Part shown: one piece after another, positions 10,133-20,879 of the stretch
Layout: each line of letters opens with the position of its first letter
How positions within the stretch are numbered: the first letter of the stretch is position 1
From: a bacterium
Lineage (GTDB): Bacteria > Hinthialibacterota > Hinthialibacteria > Hinthialibacterales > Hinthialibacteraceae
Assembly (NCBI GenBank): GCA_963663405.2
Contig: CAXXSM010000130.1
Coordinates: 117,027-181,026, forward strand
Direction: 5' to 3'
Length of the DNA stretch: 64,000 nt
The notes under the pieces: generated by a model
Databases searched by the model: none
Told to the model about the DNA's origin: nothing
What the model saw: only the letters and a program-made list of their open reading frames with translations
Made by a program: the position numbers and the translations under genes

Positions 10133-10741
10133 ATGAAACTGAGATCCGGCGATCGAATCCAAAACAAGCGCGCTATGACGCTGATCGAATTACTCGTCGT
10201 GGCGGCGATTCTTGGTATTCTTGTGGCGGTGGCGCTTCCCAATTTTCTCAACGCGTCGCTGCGGGCCAAGGTTTCCCGCGCGCGATCGGATATTCGTTCG
10301 CTTGCGTTCGCCGAGGAGACGTACGCGCTTGATAATGATGGGGGCTATCCCCCGGACGGTTATTCTTCCCGCCCCAATCACCTTTATTGGCTCACCAGTC
10401 CTGTGCCTTATATGGCTTCGATCCCTCTCGATCCATTTTTACCCCGCGATTGGGAGTATACACGCCTTTATCTTTCTGATTCAGCCAGTTTTCAAAGGCG
10501 AAAATATCAAGCGTATGTTCTTTTCTCGGCGGGACCGGATCAAGGTTTTGTGATTGTGTATCGTTCCGGATGGTCAATCTCTCCCTGTTTTGGAAAACAG
10601 CCTTATATCACGTACGATCCAACCAATGGAACGCGCAGCGGTGGCGATATTTATTGGTACGGAGGGAATCCGTCAGGTATCCCGCTCTGGGTGGATGGAG
10701 AAACGCTTGAGGGGAGGTTTCCACCGAATTTTGGGGGTTGA
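10133..10741 (+). CDS. Prepilin-type N-terminal cleavage/methylation domain protein (GspG-like pseudopilin)
   Basis: RA|MTLIELLVVAAILGILVAVALPNF, YALDN..YP, IPLDPF, SAGPD, YDPTNG..SGGDI. Confidence 0.9.
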   Translation: MKLRSGDRIQNKRAMTLIELLVVAAILGILVAVALPNFLNASLRAKVSRARSDIRSLAFAEETYALDNDGGYPPDGYSSRPNHLYWLTSPVPYMASIPLDPFLPRDWEYTRLYLSDSASFQRRKYQAYVLFSAGPDQGFVIVYRSGWSISPCFGKQPYITYDPTNGTRSGGDIYWYGGNPSGIPLWVDGETLEGRFPPNFGG

Positions 10742-10920
10742 GCGCGAATCTATTCAAGATGGTTACTTAATAAATGAGATCATTTGCAGGGACATGAAAA
10801 CAAAATGGATATCACGGCGTATCAAGAGGTGAATCTTTGGATGAAGCGCAAAGGCTTTATATGGAGTGTAAATGGGGATGAATATCGATATTAAAAGATG
10901 GAATGAATAAAGTATCTAAT

Positions 10921-10956
10921 AAAAAAGGGAAGAGATATAAAATCTCTTCCCTTTTT
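10921..10956. terminator. Bidirectional intrinsic terminator
   Basis: AAAAAGGGAAGAGAT-ATAAA-ATCTCTTCCCTTTTT perfect inverted repeat between convergent genes. Confidence 0.85.
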
Positions 10957-10975
10957 GGCTGAGTCTAAGTTTTGA

Positions 10976-12643
10976 TTAATCAGCGGGAGCGGTGATTTCT
11001 TTGAACGCGGCGGTTACATTTCTGAAGTTCGGCGCCAGCGCGGAAGAAAGGTTGCTCTTGTCCACGACGAAGTTTTTCGGCGCGGGGAAGACCGTATTCG
11101 GTTTGAAATTATTGATATCCGGCTGCGCAGGCAACCAAAGCGGCGCCGTTTCGACCGCCCGGAAGAGATCGGCGAAGGCGGATATCGGCGATCCGTTGTT
11201 CCCTCTTTCACTGATCTCAAAGGTTTGCGCGACACCCGCTTCGTGAACGCCACCAAACATATCAATCACGAGCAAACCAGCGGAGGTCTTGTTGATGGGC
11301 AGGTTCAAGTCAGGATTCGGTAAGTTCGGAACGATGGCCAAATCCCGCGCGATCCGAACGCCGAAGAATGTTGGGGTGGAATCGCTTTTGATAACAGTCC
11401 CATCTTCCAATTGAATCGGTGGGAAGTTGAAATGCGCGTCACCGATCGCGAAAACAGAACCATACGCGTCAAGAAGGAAGAATCCTCTGCCACTAGGCGT
11501 GATCTCAAGATCGACAGCGACGTCTGAACCGAAGTAGGGAAGGTCTCCTTTTTGATTCGCCCAAGGGATGGAGAGAACCACATTATTGATTGGTTCACCG
11601 AAATCAGGGTTGAGTTTCCCTTCTGTAAAGTCCTCATACATATCGGTATAGAGAATCAATCCATCGTTGTTTACATCAAAGTCAAGCGGCAGGCGGGCTG
11701 AGTGAACGGCGCCGTAGCCATCCATGATGTAATATCCATTCGTCATCGCAATGTTCCGCGTTTCAATCGAACCGGGCGCCGCTGGGGCGGTCACCGTTCT
11801 CGATGGCACAGTCACCTGGACATATTCTACGGAAATCTCCAAGTCGCGGGCGATGTCAGAATCTGGACCGAAATATGTGAAGATCGGCGTCACGCTTTTT
11901 GGACTTTGGTTTTCGCCAAACAGACGGTTGACGGGATAATCCAATGGCCCGTTGAGGAGAAGATCGTTGGCCGATACGCTGGAGCCGTTCACGTTGATCG
12001 TCGCGGGGAACAGCGTTGTAACGATGGTCGCGTCTTCAATATTGTCTGAACTGGGATCCGTATAGTAGACATAAGACGGCAGGTTCGTTTCTCCCAACGG
12101 ATGAACGACACCGTCTGCGTCGAGTACAAAGTATCCTTTGTAACCGAAGGTAGTCTCCCGCCAGTCTGGAGCGATCTCAAGATCTTCCGCCACATCAAAA
12201 TCCCAGAAGGGTGGTTGGGAGAACAAGAGGTTGTTTTGCCCAAGGGCGACAGGAGTGGGGATGTTGACAACGGCGGGAGCTGTGCTCAAAATCGCGGCTC
12301 CCGTGACGCCTTCCGGGAGTTCTTCCAGCTCAAGATTGAGTGTGTGCTGCCCTCCAAAAGAGTCCAACACGTAGGCGCCAATGGGAGACCCATTTGGATC
12401 GCCGACTAACTCAATATCTTTCGCCACGGGAAATGTGAAGCCCAGGTTTTGGGATTCCAAATTCCAGAAGATGAAAGGCCCGATATTGTCGTCACCCAAT
12501 GGCGCACTGAAAAAACGGCCTAACGCATCCATGATCAAGATTCCGTCTTGATTGGGTTGTGTAGGTCCGTATTGAGCGACGGCAATGCTAGTAAATACAA
12601 TCGACAGAGCACAAATGCCGAGGAGTAGCCGCTTAAGGGCCAT
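10976..12643 (-). CDS. Secreted protein with about 6 repeats A.DLEI...GY.vLD..G.VH (probable beta-propeller)
   Basis: Signal peptide, AAGGAGG RBS, repeated blade motif. Confidence 0.85.
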   Translation of the reverse strand: MALKRLLLGICALSIVFTSIAVAQYGPTQPNQDGILIMDALGRFFSAPLGDDNIGPFIFWNLESQNLGFTFPVAKDIELVGDPNGSPIGAYVLDSFGGQHTLNLELEELPEGVTGAAILSTAPAVVNIPTPVALGQNNLLFSQPPFWDFDVAEDLEIAPDWRETTFGYKGYFVLDADGVVHPLGETNLPSYVYYTDPSSDNIEDATIVTTLFPATINVNGSSVSANDLLLNGPLDYPVNRLFGENQSPKSVTPIFTYFGPDSDIARDLEISVEYVQVTVPSRTVTAPAAPGSIETRNIAMTNGYYIMDGYGAVHSARLPLDFDVNNDGLILYTDMYEDFTEGKLNPDFGEPINNVVLSIPWANQKGDLPYFGSDVAVDLEITPSGRGFFLLDAYGSVFAIGDAHFNFPPIQLEDGTVIKSDSTPTFFGVRIARDLAIVPNLPNPDLNLPINKTSAGLLVIDMFGGVHEAGVAQTFEISERGNNGSPISAFADLFRAVETAPLWLPAQPDINNFKPNTVFPAPKNFVVDKSNLSSALAPNFRNVTAAFKEITAPAD

Positions 12644-12855
12644 ATCGACCTCCTTTGAGCACGACAGTTTTCATAATTGAAACACAATTCCCACAAAAAG
12701 TCTATATGGGTTACGAATTTTCCTTGTAACAACCTTACCGATTTGGTGAATGAGGCTCAAGTCTTCCAAAGGGGTAAAACGTAATTTTTCTCCCAGCCAT
12801 ACTCTAAGCCCCCTTCTTCCCTAGACATAGTAAAGCTGACTTTGGTACGAAGTGC

Positions 12856-12884
12856 AGTATAAAAAAAACGTGTGCATATGTCAA
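12856..12884 (-). promoter_or_regulatory. Near-consensus sigma70 promoter TTGACA-N17-TATACT for the 555-aa secreted protein
   Basis: On + strand, TGTCAA at 12879-12884 and AGTATA at 12856-12861, 17-nt spacer. Confidence 0.7.
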
Positions 12885-13793
12885 GAGAAAATTCACTCAA
12901 GTACAAAAAAATCAATAACTGCGCAACATTTTTGCTTAAAAACCAATCTGATATTGACGGAATCAATTCATTCTGGCCCAGAATGTCCATATCTTTCAGA
13001 CTCTCAGGGGCTTTTTGGATGAAAAAACAGCCATTATTTGACTCCACCGCCGTATTGTGTGACTTTTTTTACGGAAATTAAATATTTTAATGAAAAGCGC
13101 CGAGAAATTTTATATTTTTTGAAGAAGCGGAAAAATGCGGGATATTAAAAATCCTTTTCTATTTCTTCAAAATTTATCGATCTGCGTTCCATTGTGATAA
13201 TTAATATAGTTATGAAAATTATTCTTGTCCGTTTAAATTATCAAGATTTACTTAGAAAACGGGTTGATTCCAATGCGCGATCTAAATCGTATTGTAATAC
13301 AGGATTAAAAACTTTTGCAAGATTGTAGTAAAAAGTATGGAAAAAGGCTTGCAAGGATTTTTTAGTCCTCCAGAGAATCTGAGTCAAGGTTTTCAAGTCC
13401 AATTCAGAAAAGATCAATCTGTCTCTGCTTTTCAACGTTCGAACCATAACATTCTCTGAAATTATATTTAATCCGGCGCGTTATTGATTATAGACGAAAA
13501 ATCGGCTCTCTATGAATACGTACAGAAGGATTATTCCTACATCAGTTTTCATGCGCCAGTGAGCATCGTTAGTTCTATCCATATTTTCGTCTTTTTTTAT
13601 TCACCCTTTAAGATGAAGCAAAAAAAAAAAACTGTAAGACAAAACGCTAGAATAATCTGTACATGGATTTTGTCTAAACGTAAATATCAAAGGGGATAAT
13701 TTCGTTTTGGCGTTAATCCGTTTCATCTTTCAATTCTCGTTACAGTTTTTTATAGCTGAGAGCAAACCGGCAACGATATTTTATTATTTTTGA

Positions 13794-14411
13794 ATGAGTT
13801 TTTTGGGAGTGACGTCAAACATGAGCGGTATGGCGGTCCAAAGGGATGAGGCGGAATTGATTCAAAGCGCGCAAGAAGGAGATTGTCATGCGTTTGGTCT
13901 TCTTGCGGAGAAGTACCGTGATTCTTTAGTCAATGTCGCGTTCGGATTTCTCCGGGAGAAAGAAGACGCGTTGGATGTGGCGCAGGAAACGTTGCTCAAG
14001 GCTTTCCGTAAAATCGATGGATTCAAGCGGGAGTCGTCTCTTTATACGTGGTTGTACCGGATTCTGATTAATTTATGCAAAGATCGTCTCCGGTACCGAA
14101 AACGAAAGAAAGAGATCTATATCGAAGATTTAGGCGAGGAAGGGGCGGTTTTTGAATTTCCTGATTCGGGGCCCAGCCCCCGGCGCCTGGCGGAAAAGCG
14201 GGAACGTGAACGATGCGTCCAGGACGCGATCGCGACGTTGCCGGAAAAACAACGGCAGGCGTTGATCCTCCGGGAATCCGGGGGGTTGAGTTATAAGGAA
14301 ATCGCCCGCATACTGGGTTGCCAAGAAGGCACTGTTATGTCCCGCTTATTTCATGCGCGCAAAATGCTTGCGCTTAAACTGGAATCCATCACTGGGGATT
14401 TACTGGAATGA
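13794..14411 (+). CDS. ECF RNA polymerase sigma factor (RpoE/SigW-like)
   Basis: DALDVAQE, SLYTWLYRI..N.C.D, LSYKEIA..LG...GTVMSRL..AR. Confidence 0.95.
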   Translation: MSFLGVTSNMSGMAVQRDEAELIQSAQEGDCHAFGLLAEKYRDSLVNVAFGFLREKEDALDVAQETLLKAFRKIDGFKRESSLYTWLYRILINLCKDRLRYRKRKKEIYIEDLGEEGAVFEFPDSGPSPRRLAEKRERERCVQDAIATLPEKQRQALILRESGGLSYKEIARILGCQEGTVMSRLFHARKMLALKLESITGDLLE

Positions 14412-14962
14412 ACGATCGAAACAAGATAGACACCTTTGATTTTATTCGGTCGATTGACGGCGAATTAACCGAAATGGAAACCCGCCGGTTGGAAGAGCAG
14501 CTCCTGCGGGCGCCGGAAGCGCGGCAGGAATACCAACGCTTGAAACGCTTGTCGGAACTGGTGCGGCAAAGCGCGACCGTCGATCTCCACGCAACCGAGA
14601 AAGAACATTTTCACTCCAGTTTGAACGCGCAGCTCGAGATTATTCAATCCAAACGATTTACAAAGGATCAACGGCTGACGAACCGGCTCTCCTCGTTTTT
14701 CCATATCCCTTGGCAGTGGCAGACCGCCGCCGCTTTCATCCTGGTTTTTCTTCTTTGTATTCCTTTTTTCAATTCTGCGCCTCCCGAGAAAGAAGAATTC
14801 TTCTGGACTTCGATCTCTTCCGATTACAAGGGCGTCCAATTTTTCTTGGAATCGAACGCGACCGCGGAATACGATCTAATTTGGGTCGTGACGGAGGAGG
14901 ACGAAGAGGAAGAAGAAGATCCTGATTCTCCGCTGGGATTTTTACTGTACAAAAAGGTGTGA
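14408..14962 (+). CDS. Putative membrane-bound anti-sigma factor
   Basis: Overlaps the sigma stop; IDGEL...LEEQL N-terminal anti-sigma-like motif, single TM. Confidence 0.8.
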   Translation: MNDRNKIDTFDFIRSIDGELTEMETRRLEEQLLRAPEARQEYQRLKRLSELVRQSATVDLHATEKEHFHSSLNAQLEIIQSKRFTKDQRLTNRLSSFFHIPWQWQTAAAFILVFLLCIPFFNSAPPEKEEFFWTSISSDYKGVQFFLESNATAEYDLIWVVTEEDEEEEEDPDSPLGFLLYKKV

Positions 14963-14968
14963 TGTCGA

Positions 14969-15529
14969 ATGAAGCGCATGGCGTATCAATTCTCAATTGT
15001 TGTTGCCGTTCTAATTTTAGGCTTCTCACCGCGTGTATCGGCGGGGGAGGAGAAGTATTTACGAGTCTCTCTCATCAAAGCGGAACGGGCGGAAAAATAT
15101 GAAGTGGATGAAAAGATCGAATCGTTGGCCCCCGCTCTGAAAGCGGCGTTCTCTAAAGGCGACGCCAAAGACTTTAAGCGCTTTATTCCCATTAAAATCA
15201 AGGAATGTGAGAAAATCCAACTCGGTAATAAGTATACTGTGCCGCTCACGAAAACGATGTTTTTAGATTTAACTCTGGACGCGTTCGAAAAAGATCACTA
15301 TCCCATCACGGTCCGTTGGTATATTCGGGAAAAAGTGATAGACGAAAAGGGGGAGGAATCCTTCAAGGACAAAGAGATCATTAAAGCCAAAAAACATAAC
15401 CTGCCCGTGGATTACAGTCTCTTCATTGGAAAAAAACCCACTGATAAAATGAAAACCGCTCAGCTCATCGCGATCGAGATTATTGAACCTCCCCTTGAGA
15501 AGTCCGCGCCGGAAAAACCCGAAGAATGA
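14969..15529 (+). CDS. Secreted Lys-rich hypothetical protein, third gene of the ECF operon
   Basis: Signal peptide; 6 nt after the anti-sigma stop. Confidence 0.75.
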   Translation: MKRMAYQFSIVVAVLILGFSPRVSAGEEKYLRVSLIKAERAEKYEVDEKIESLAPALKAAFSKGDAKDFKRFIPIKIKECEKIQLGNKYTVPLTKTMFLDLTLDAFEKDHYPITVRWYIREKVIDEKGEESFKDKEIIKAKKHNLPVDYSLFIGKKPTDKMKTAQLIAIEIIEPPLEKSAPEKPEE

Positions 15530-15571
15530 TGTGGCAAAAGAGAAAATCTTGGCGAATCTCAACACATGTTC

Positions 15572-15600
15572 TTGACATCGCATAATTGACCAATGATAAT
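15572..15600 (+). promoter_or_regulatory. sigma70-like promoter TTGACA-N17-GATAAT
   Basis: Exact -35, 5/6 -10, 17-nt spacer, upstream of the 15780 gene. Confidence 0.5.
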
Positions 15601-15779
15601 TCAGCGGTCAGGTGTTGTTTTGCGGTGAATTGTTGCAGGAGACAGATTCAAAACATCATTTCCAGTCTATACTTACAATTCTCTGCATTCCCCCATTCTA
15701 AAAACATAATTTGTACTCATTTACTCCAATTCCAATTGAAGATGAAACCCATATAAGGGAAGCGGCGGGTGATCTATCG

Positions 15780-16335
15780 ATGAAAAATGAACAACAAAAA
15801 AATAGGCAGGACGAATCGGATGGATTCAGCGATGATTTCGTGATGGAATTTGATGGGGAATTATATTCTCCATCCATCCAAGAAAATAAAAGAATCGATA
15901 CGAGTCAAAAAATCTTTGATCCGAGTTCGTTTCCCTATTTCGGTTTTTTTTATTTTGCTTTTTATGATTGTTCCTGTTGTCTATAACTTGTACCGCTTTC
16001 GTAATTGGCGTCTGTTAGCCGTAAATGTCCTATTGTATCTCACATGGGTGCAAATGGTTATTATTGTTATCTTTGTTCTCTTGGAGAATCAAATGATTGA
16101 TGAATACTATATCATTCTATCTATACGCGCTTCGTTGGTTCTCCTCGGTATCATTTTCGCGTACAGTCAGAAGAAAATGTTCCGGTGGTTTTCGATGTCC
16201 GGGGGAGAAATCCTGAACGGATTGTTGTTCGGCGCGCCGGTTTTCGCAGCGCTTTTGTTTGTTCCTGCGATTCTCCAATTCTGTGTGTATCCGTTTATTG
16301 TCGTGGCGGAGTTGGTCATAACTTATTTTAGGTAA
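15780..16335 (+). CDS. Hypothetical membrane protein (frameshifted)
   Basis: Acidic N-terminus (MKNEQQ...) plus a 4-TM region in ORF 15850..16335. Confidence 0.6.
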
Positions 16336-16462
16336 TCTCCCAAGGAGTTGCGATAAATGATCTCTGGCAAGTGAAACGCGCATGAAAAGACAATTTAAAC
16401 TTATATTGGTGTGTATAAAATATAAGTTTTGACTATACACCGTTTCGGTATAGAAGGATCAA

Positions 16463-17410
16463 TTGATCGTGGAACATACAGCCCCTCACCATAATCCTGT
16501 TGTAGAGCGAGCCATTGTTTTACTTGACATGGGGAAAATCGACGCGGCGAGAAAAATGCTGCAAGAAGCCTTAACACAAGAACCGGACAATGATGAAATC
16601 GAAGCGCTGCTGGGAAACGCTCTCGCTCAATTAGGGCAATTCAAACCCGCTGAGTTTCATATTCAAAACGCCTTGCGCCGGGAACCCGGCAATCCGTTTT
16701 ATCACCTGTTTTACTCGAATATCTTGAGCGAAACGAACCGGGATCAAGAAGCGGAGCGTGAGATTCTTAACGCGATTCATATCTATCCACTTGAAGCGGA
16801 TTTCCATACTACGTACGCCTGGCTGCTCTATCGAGATGGACAAATCGAAAAGGCGGAATCCATCGCCCGCAACGCGCTTCAATTAGAACCGGAGAATGAA
16901 TCGGCCCTTGCGCTGCTGGGCGCGAAAAATTCGGAGAATTTCGATTTAGAAACGGCGCGGGAGACCTATTGGCGCAGTTTGGTTCACAATCCTGAATCCT
17001 CACACGCTCATGCGGGATTGTCTCAAACGTATCTTTTGGAGAACAAAACGGATACAGCTCTGGAGGAGGCGCGTGAAGCGATTCGCTTGGATCCAGATGA
17101 TCCCTTTATGCAAGAGTTATACTTGAAGGCTGTCAAAGCGAAGCATCCGCTGTATTCGCTGTTCTGGCGATGGAGTTTGCTTTGCACGCGGTTGGGCCGG
17201 ACGGGATCTCTCTTAATGGTATTCGGACTATGGTTAGCCGTGAATGTTATCATGCGGATCGCAGAAAACAACGCCGAATGGTTAACACAGCATCCAACCG
17301 TCTCATATCTGCTTTATGGATTCATGATTCTCTATATTCTATTTTGCATTTATACATGGGTCGCCAATCCGATTTTTACCTTTCTCGCAAAACGTGGCTA
17401 TTTAAAGTAA
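16463..17410 (+). CDS. Tetratricopeptide repeat protein with two C-terminal TM helices
   Basis: Multiple A..aL..EP.N TPR turns; hydrophobic C-terminus. Confidence 0.9.
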   Translation: MIVEHTAPHHNPVVERAIVLLDMGKIDAARKMLQEALTQEPDNDEIEALLGNALAQLGQFKPAEFHIQNALRREPGNPFYHLFYSNILSETNRDQEAEREILNAIHIYPLEADFHTTYAWLLYRDGQIEKAESIARNALQLEPENESALALLGAKNSENFDLETARETYWRSLVHNPESSHAHAGLSQTYLLENKTDTALEEAREAIRLDPDDPFMQELYLKAVKAKHPLYSLFWRWSLLCTRLGRTGSLLMVFGLWLAVNVIMRIAENNAEWLTQHPTVSYLLYGFMILYILFCIYTWVANPIFTFLAKRGYLK

Positions 17411-17488
17411 ACAGAATGTATTGGCCGATTGAATGGCTCCGATTTCTGTTGTGTCTAGAAATAACATGGCTGATTTGTGGCAGGAACT

Positions 17489-18856
17489 ATGAACGATCAA
17501 AATAACGAACATTTAAATGCCTTGACGAATGCGTTGCAGGCGAATGAAGAGAATACGATCCTTCGCCTGGAAGTCGCTAAATTGTGCGAACAGCTGCAGC
17601 GCTGGGATGAAGCGATTCATCACTACAAAATTTTATGCGCTGAAGACGCCAGCCGGATCGAGCATTTTCTAGGATTGGGCCGCTGCCAGCTCGCGCTGGG
17701 CCATTGGAAAGAGAGCGCGAGCGCTTTGTAAGATCTGTTTGGATAATGATCGAAGGAATCCCGAAGCCAATTACATGCTCGCGGTTTCACTTTTAGAATT
17801 GGACGAACGGGAATCCGCGCAAGGAGCATTTTGAAATCGCCGCGTCCTGTGATCCGCAATACGAAACAGAGGAATTGCGGAAGCGATTTTATCCGGAGGT
17901 GGGAACAACCGAAGCGGCTGCTGCATATGGTTAAATCCACCGGTTCTAAAAACGCGCCGGTTGAAAACGAGAAACCCGAGATCACGTTCAACGATATTGG
18001 AGGATTGAGTGAGTTAAAAAAAACCATTCACCGGAAGATCATTCTGCCCTTCCAGCGGCCTGATATATACGCGGCGTACGGCCGGAGCACCGGTGGGGGG
18101 ATCTTGTTGTATGGCCCTCCTGGTTGTGGAAAAACGCATATCGCCCGCGCGACAGCGGGGGGAATGTGACGCGCGTTTCTTTTCAGGTTTAATTGAATGA
18201 CGTTCTTGATATGTGGTTCGGTGAAAGCGAAAAACTGCTGCATGAAATCTTCGAAACAGCCCGCGCAGAAAAACGGGCGGTGTTGTTCTTTTGATGAAGT
18301 GGAAGCCATTGGTGGAAACCGTAATCGAATGCGGGCCGATCAAGCGGGAAAAACTCTGGTCAGTCAATTGCTGGCTGAAATGGATGGTTTCAAGTCGAAC
18401 AATCAGAACATGCCTTATACTCGCAGCGACCAACGCGCCTTGGCATGTCGACCCCGCGCTGCGGCGGCCGGGGCGATTTGACCGGGTGGTTTTTGTTCCC
18501 CCCCCCTGATGCGCAGGCCCGCGCGGAAATCCTGACGATCCATTGCAAAGATAAACCATTAGGCAAAAATCGATTTTTCGCAACTGGCTAAAAGAACGAA
18601 CGGATTTTCCGGCGCCGATTTGAAAGGATTAATCGAAGACGCCTGTGACCGGGCCTTGGAACGAAGTTTGGAATCAGAAGCCATTGAACCGTTGGTCATG
18701 AATGATTTTCTCCAATCATTGAAAGAGATCAAAGCCAGCACGAAAGAGTGGTTAAGCACGGCGAAGAATTACGCGGCGTATGCCAATGAAGGTGGTTTGT
18801 ACGACGACGTGATTGAATATTTGGATTCCCAGAAATCGTGGATTCGCGGGAAGTAA
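17489..18856 (+). CDS. AAA+ ATPase with N-terminal TPR (single AAA module; several frameshifts)
   Basis: ITFNDIGGL, Walker [12 protein letters not shown], Walker [44 protein letters not shown] across ORFs 17477..18856. Confidence 0.9.
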
Positions 18857-18885
18857 GACTTTTTAAATAGAAGCAAACCAGTTTT

Positions 18886-19455
18886 TCAAGGGCCAAAACG
18901 GAACACATCCCCCCCGGCTCACCAGTCCATTGGATGCCGCGTACGCCACGGCTCCCCAGGGAATCGAGCCGCCCTGGTTCAAAATCCTGTGTTGTTTTGT
19001 CTGGACCGTGTCCGATGATAATCCACTTGGGGTAACGCTTATCAGGTCCGTAGTGATGGCGGCGGAGATCTTCGAACACATTCTTGGGCCATTCGGCTGG
19101 CTGTATCATTGTGGTAGATGTATTCCTTGGCCGATAGATGATTCGGGATTCCATGCAAAGTTGAAGGGATCGACGGGAATACTGGTCATATACGCGACGG
19201 GTTCCAGCAGTTCTTCCATCCGTGTTAACGATTGCGATACACCGGCCGTGCTGGAGTTGGGGTAATCGTTATTATCGAGACGGTATGCTTCACATCGCTG
19301 TGGCGAGCGCTTTGATGTGTCTCCTTCCATCCGGGCGATTTTAGCCCGGATTTGCGCGTTTAAGAAATTGGGGACAGCGATCGCGGCCAAGATTCTACCA
19401 ATAATCGCAACTACGATCATAATAATTCGATTAGCGTAAAACTCTTCTGTTTCAT
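18886..19455 (-). CDS. Prepilin-type N-terminal cleavage/methylation domain protein (frameshifted)
   Basis: MKQKS|FTLIELL.IVVAIIG.LAAIAVPNFLNAQIRAK, YRLDNNDYP, IPVDPF, GHGPD, Y.ASNGLVSRGD. Confidence 0.85.
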
Positions 19456-19675
19456 AATTTCCCTTAAAAATGTTGTAGTATGAAAGATTCTGTGAGACGA
19501 AACTTGCTTATCCTATTTTAGACTTATTAAGATAAGATTAAAAGAAAGAGATTTGTGGCTCACTGAGTGAGAATTTCCCAAATGAGAATTCTGTATCAAT
19601 CCTATAAAATTAGCGTTGGTTGTATTTTTGTGATCAGTTTAATGGATTCATGTTGCCATATAGTGCCCATATATC

Positions 19676-20629
19676 CTACGGAGCCAATGATTTTTCTAGT
19701 CTTTCTCGATAGTGTATATATCGGGAAACGCAAAAAACAATGGGAATGATAAGTGGACAATAGCTATGCCACCACAATGCAGTTCCGATTGTAACAACGC
19801 CAATTAGTAAAACATACATTAGGTCGTCGTCATACTTCTTGAAAACAAGTCCTAAACAGATCAACGATGTCAGAAGAACACTCCCCGTGTATCCTAGAAA
19901 ACGGATCGGAGAATTGCACGCATAGTAATAATTTACAAAGACAGGAATTGTATAGATATAGTCGATAAACCAGACGATATGCCATACCGCGGGTGAGCAC
20001 CCAAGCAGACAGCCTGCAAAGGCCTTCCACCCAAACGCGAGACCGAGAAAAGGAAGAATGATAATAAATGTAGGTTTGATCGCGCAGGCCAATCCAGCGC
20101 AAACACAATTTAATGACTCGATTTCTTCCAATCCCGAAAGCGAAGACACCTGTTATTAATGGAGACACCTGCCCATAATGAAACGCGTCATGAGCCGGAA
20201 TCCATACTGTGGCTATGATAAATGCCCATATCGCCCAGACGCGGTACGCGCCATATCCATATCCCACCGCTCCAATGATTGTCCATAACCAATACCCTTC
20301 GAAATGACCCAAAAAACTCAACGGGATCAACAGAACAGCCAATGGGGGAGGATAGACGTAATAATGGCCTTCCACATACGGTGAAAAAACCATGAACGAT
20401 TGACCGGGACGCTTCGATATAACAGTTATAGTCATAACCCGGTTGATCCGTTCGTATTTGCCACGCTTGCGTATACGCAAATCCCAAACACAAACTTACA
20501 ATAAGAGTAATGCAAACGGAGATTCGATTCGATTGTCTGGTTTTCCATTCTCCCCCAGTCCAGATACAAAAAATTACAACTAACAATGAGTGCAACCAAG
20601 ACGATGAAATTGTGTATTGATCGTAACAT
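19676..20629 (-). CDS. GT-C fold glycosyltransferase (GT87-like), frameshifted
   Basis: YDY..Y, YVYPPPLAVLLIPL, YGQVS, IKP motifs typical of GT87/DUF2029. Confidence 0.75.
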
Positions 20630-20879
20630 ATTTGGAATGATTCTGTCGTACATGGAGGTAAATAATTGTAAAATCAAAATTGTCGTTTGGAATTCGGCGC
20701 CTCAATAAAACGCGAGCCACCTTCTCGAGTTATCCTGTATTCAACTCATCTTTGCGTGCAGGATGAAATGGATTTTCTACTTTGTAATTATCGCACTATA
20801 TCTTAATAAAAAAGCGCTTTACAATGATATAAATCATAATAGTTTTACACAGCATTTCGAATTTTGTTAAGGAGTTATT

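Noticed and set aside
12900-13790. Short ORFs or an ncRNA in the long AT-rich intergenic region
   Set aside because: No RBS-supported ORF, repeat array or recognisable RNA motif seen; treated as divergent promoter DNA
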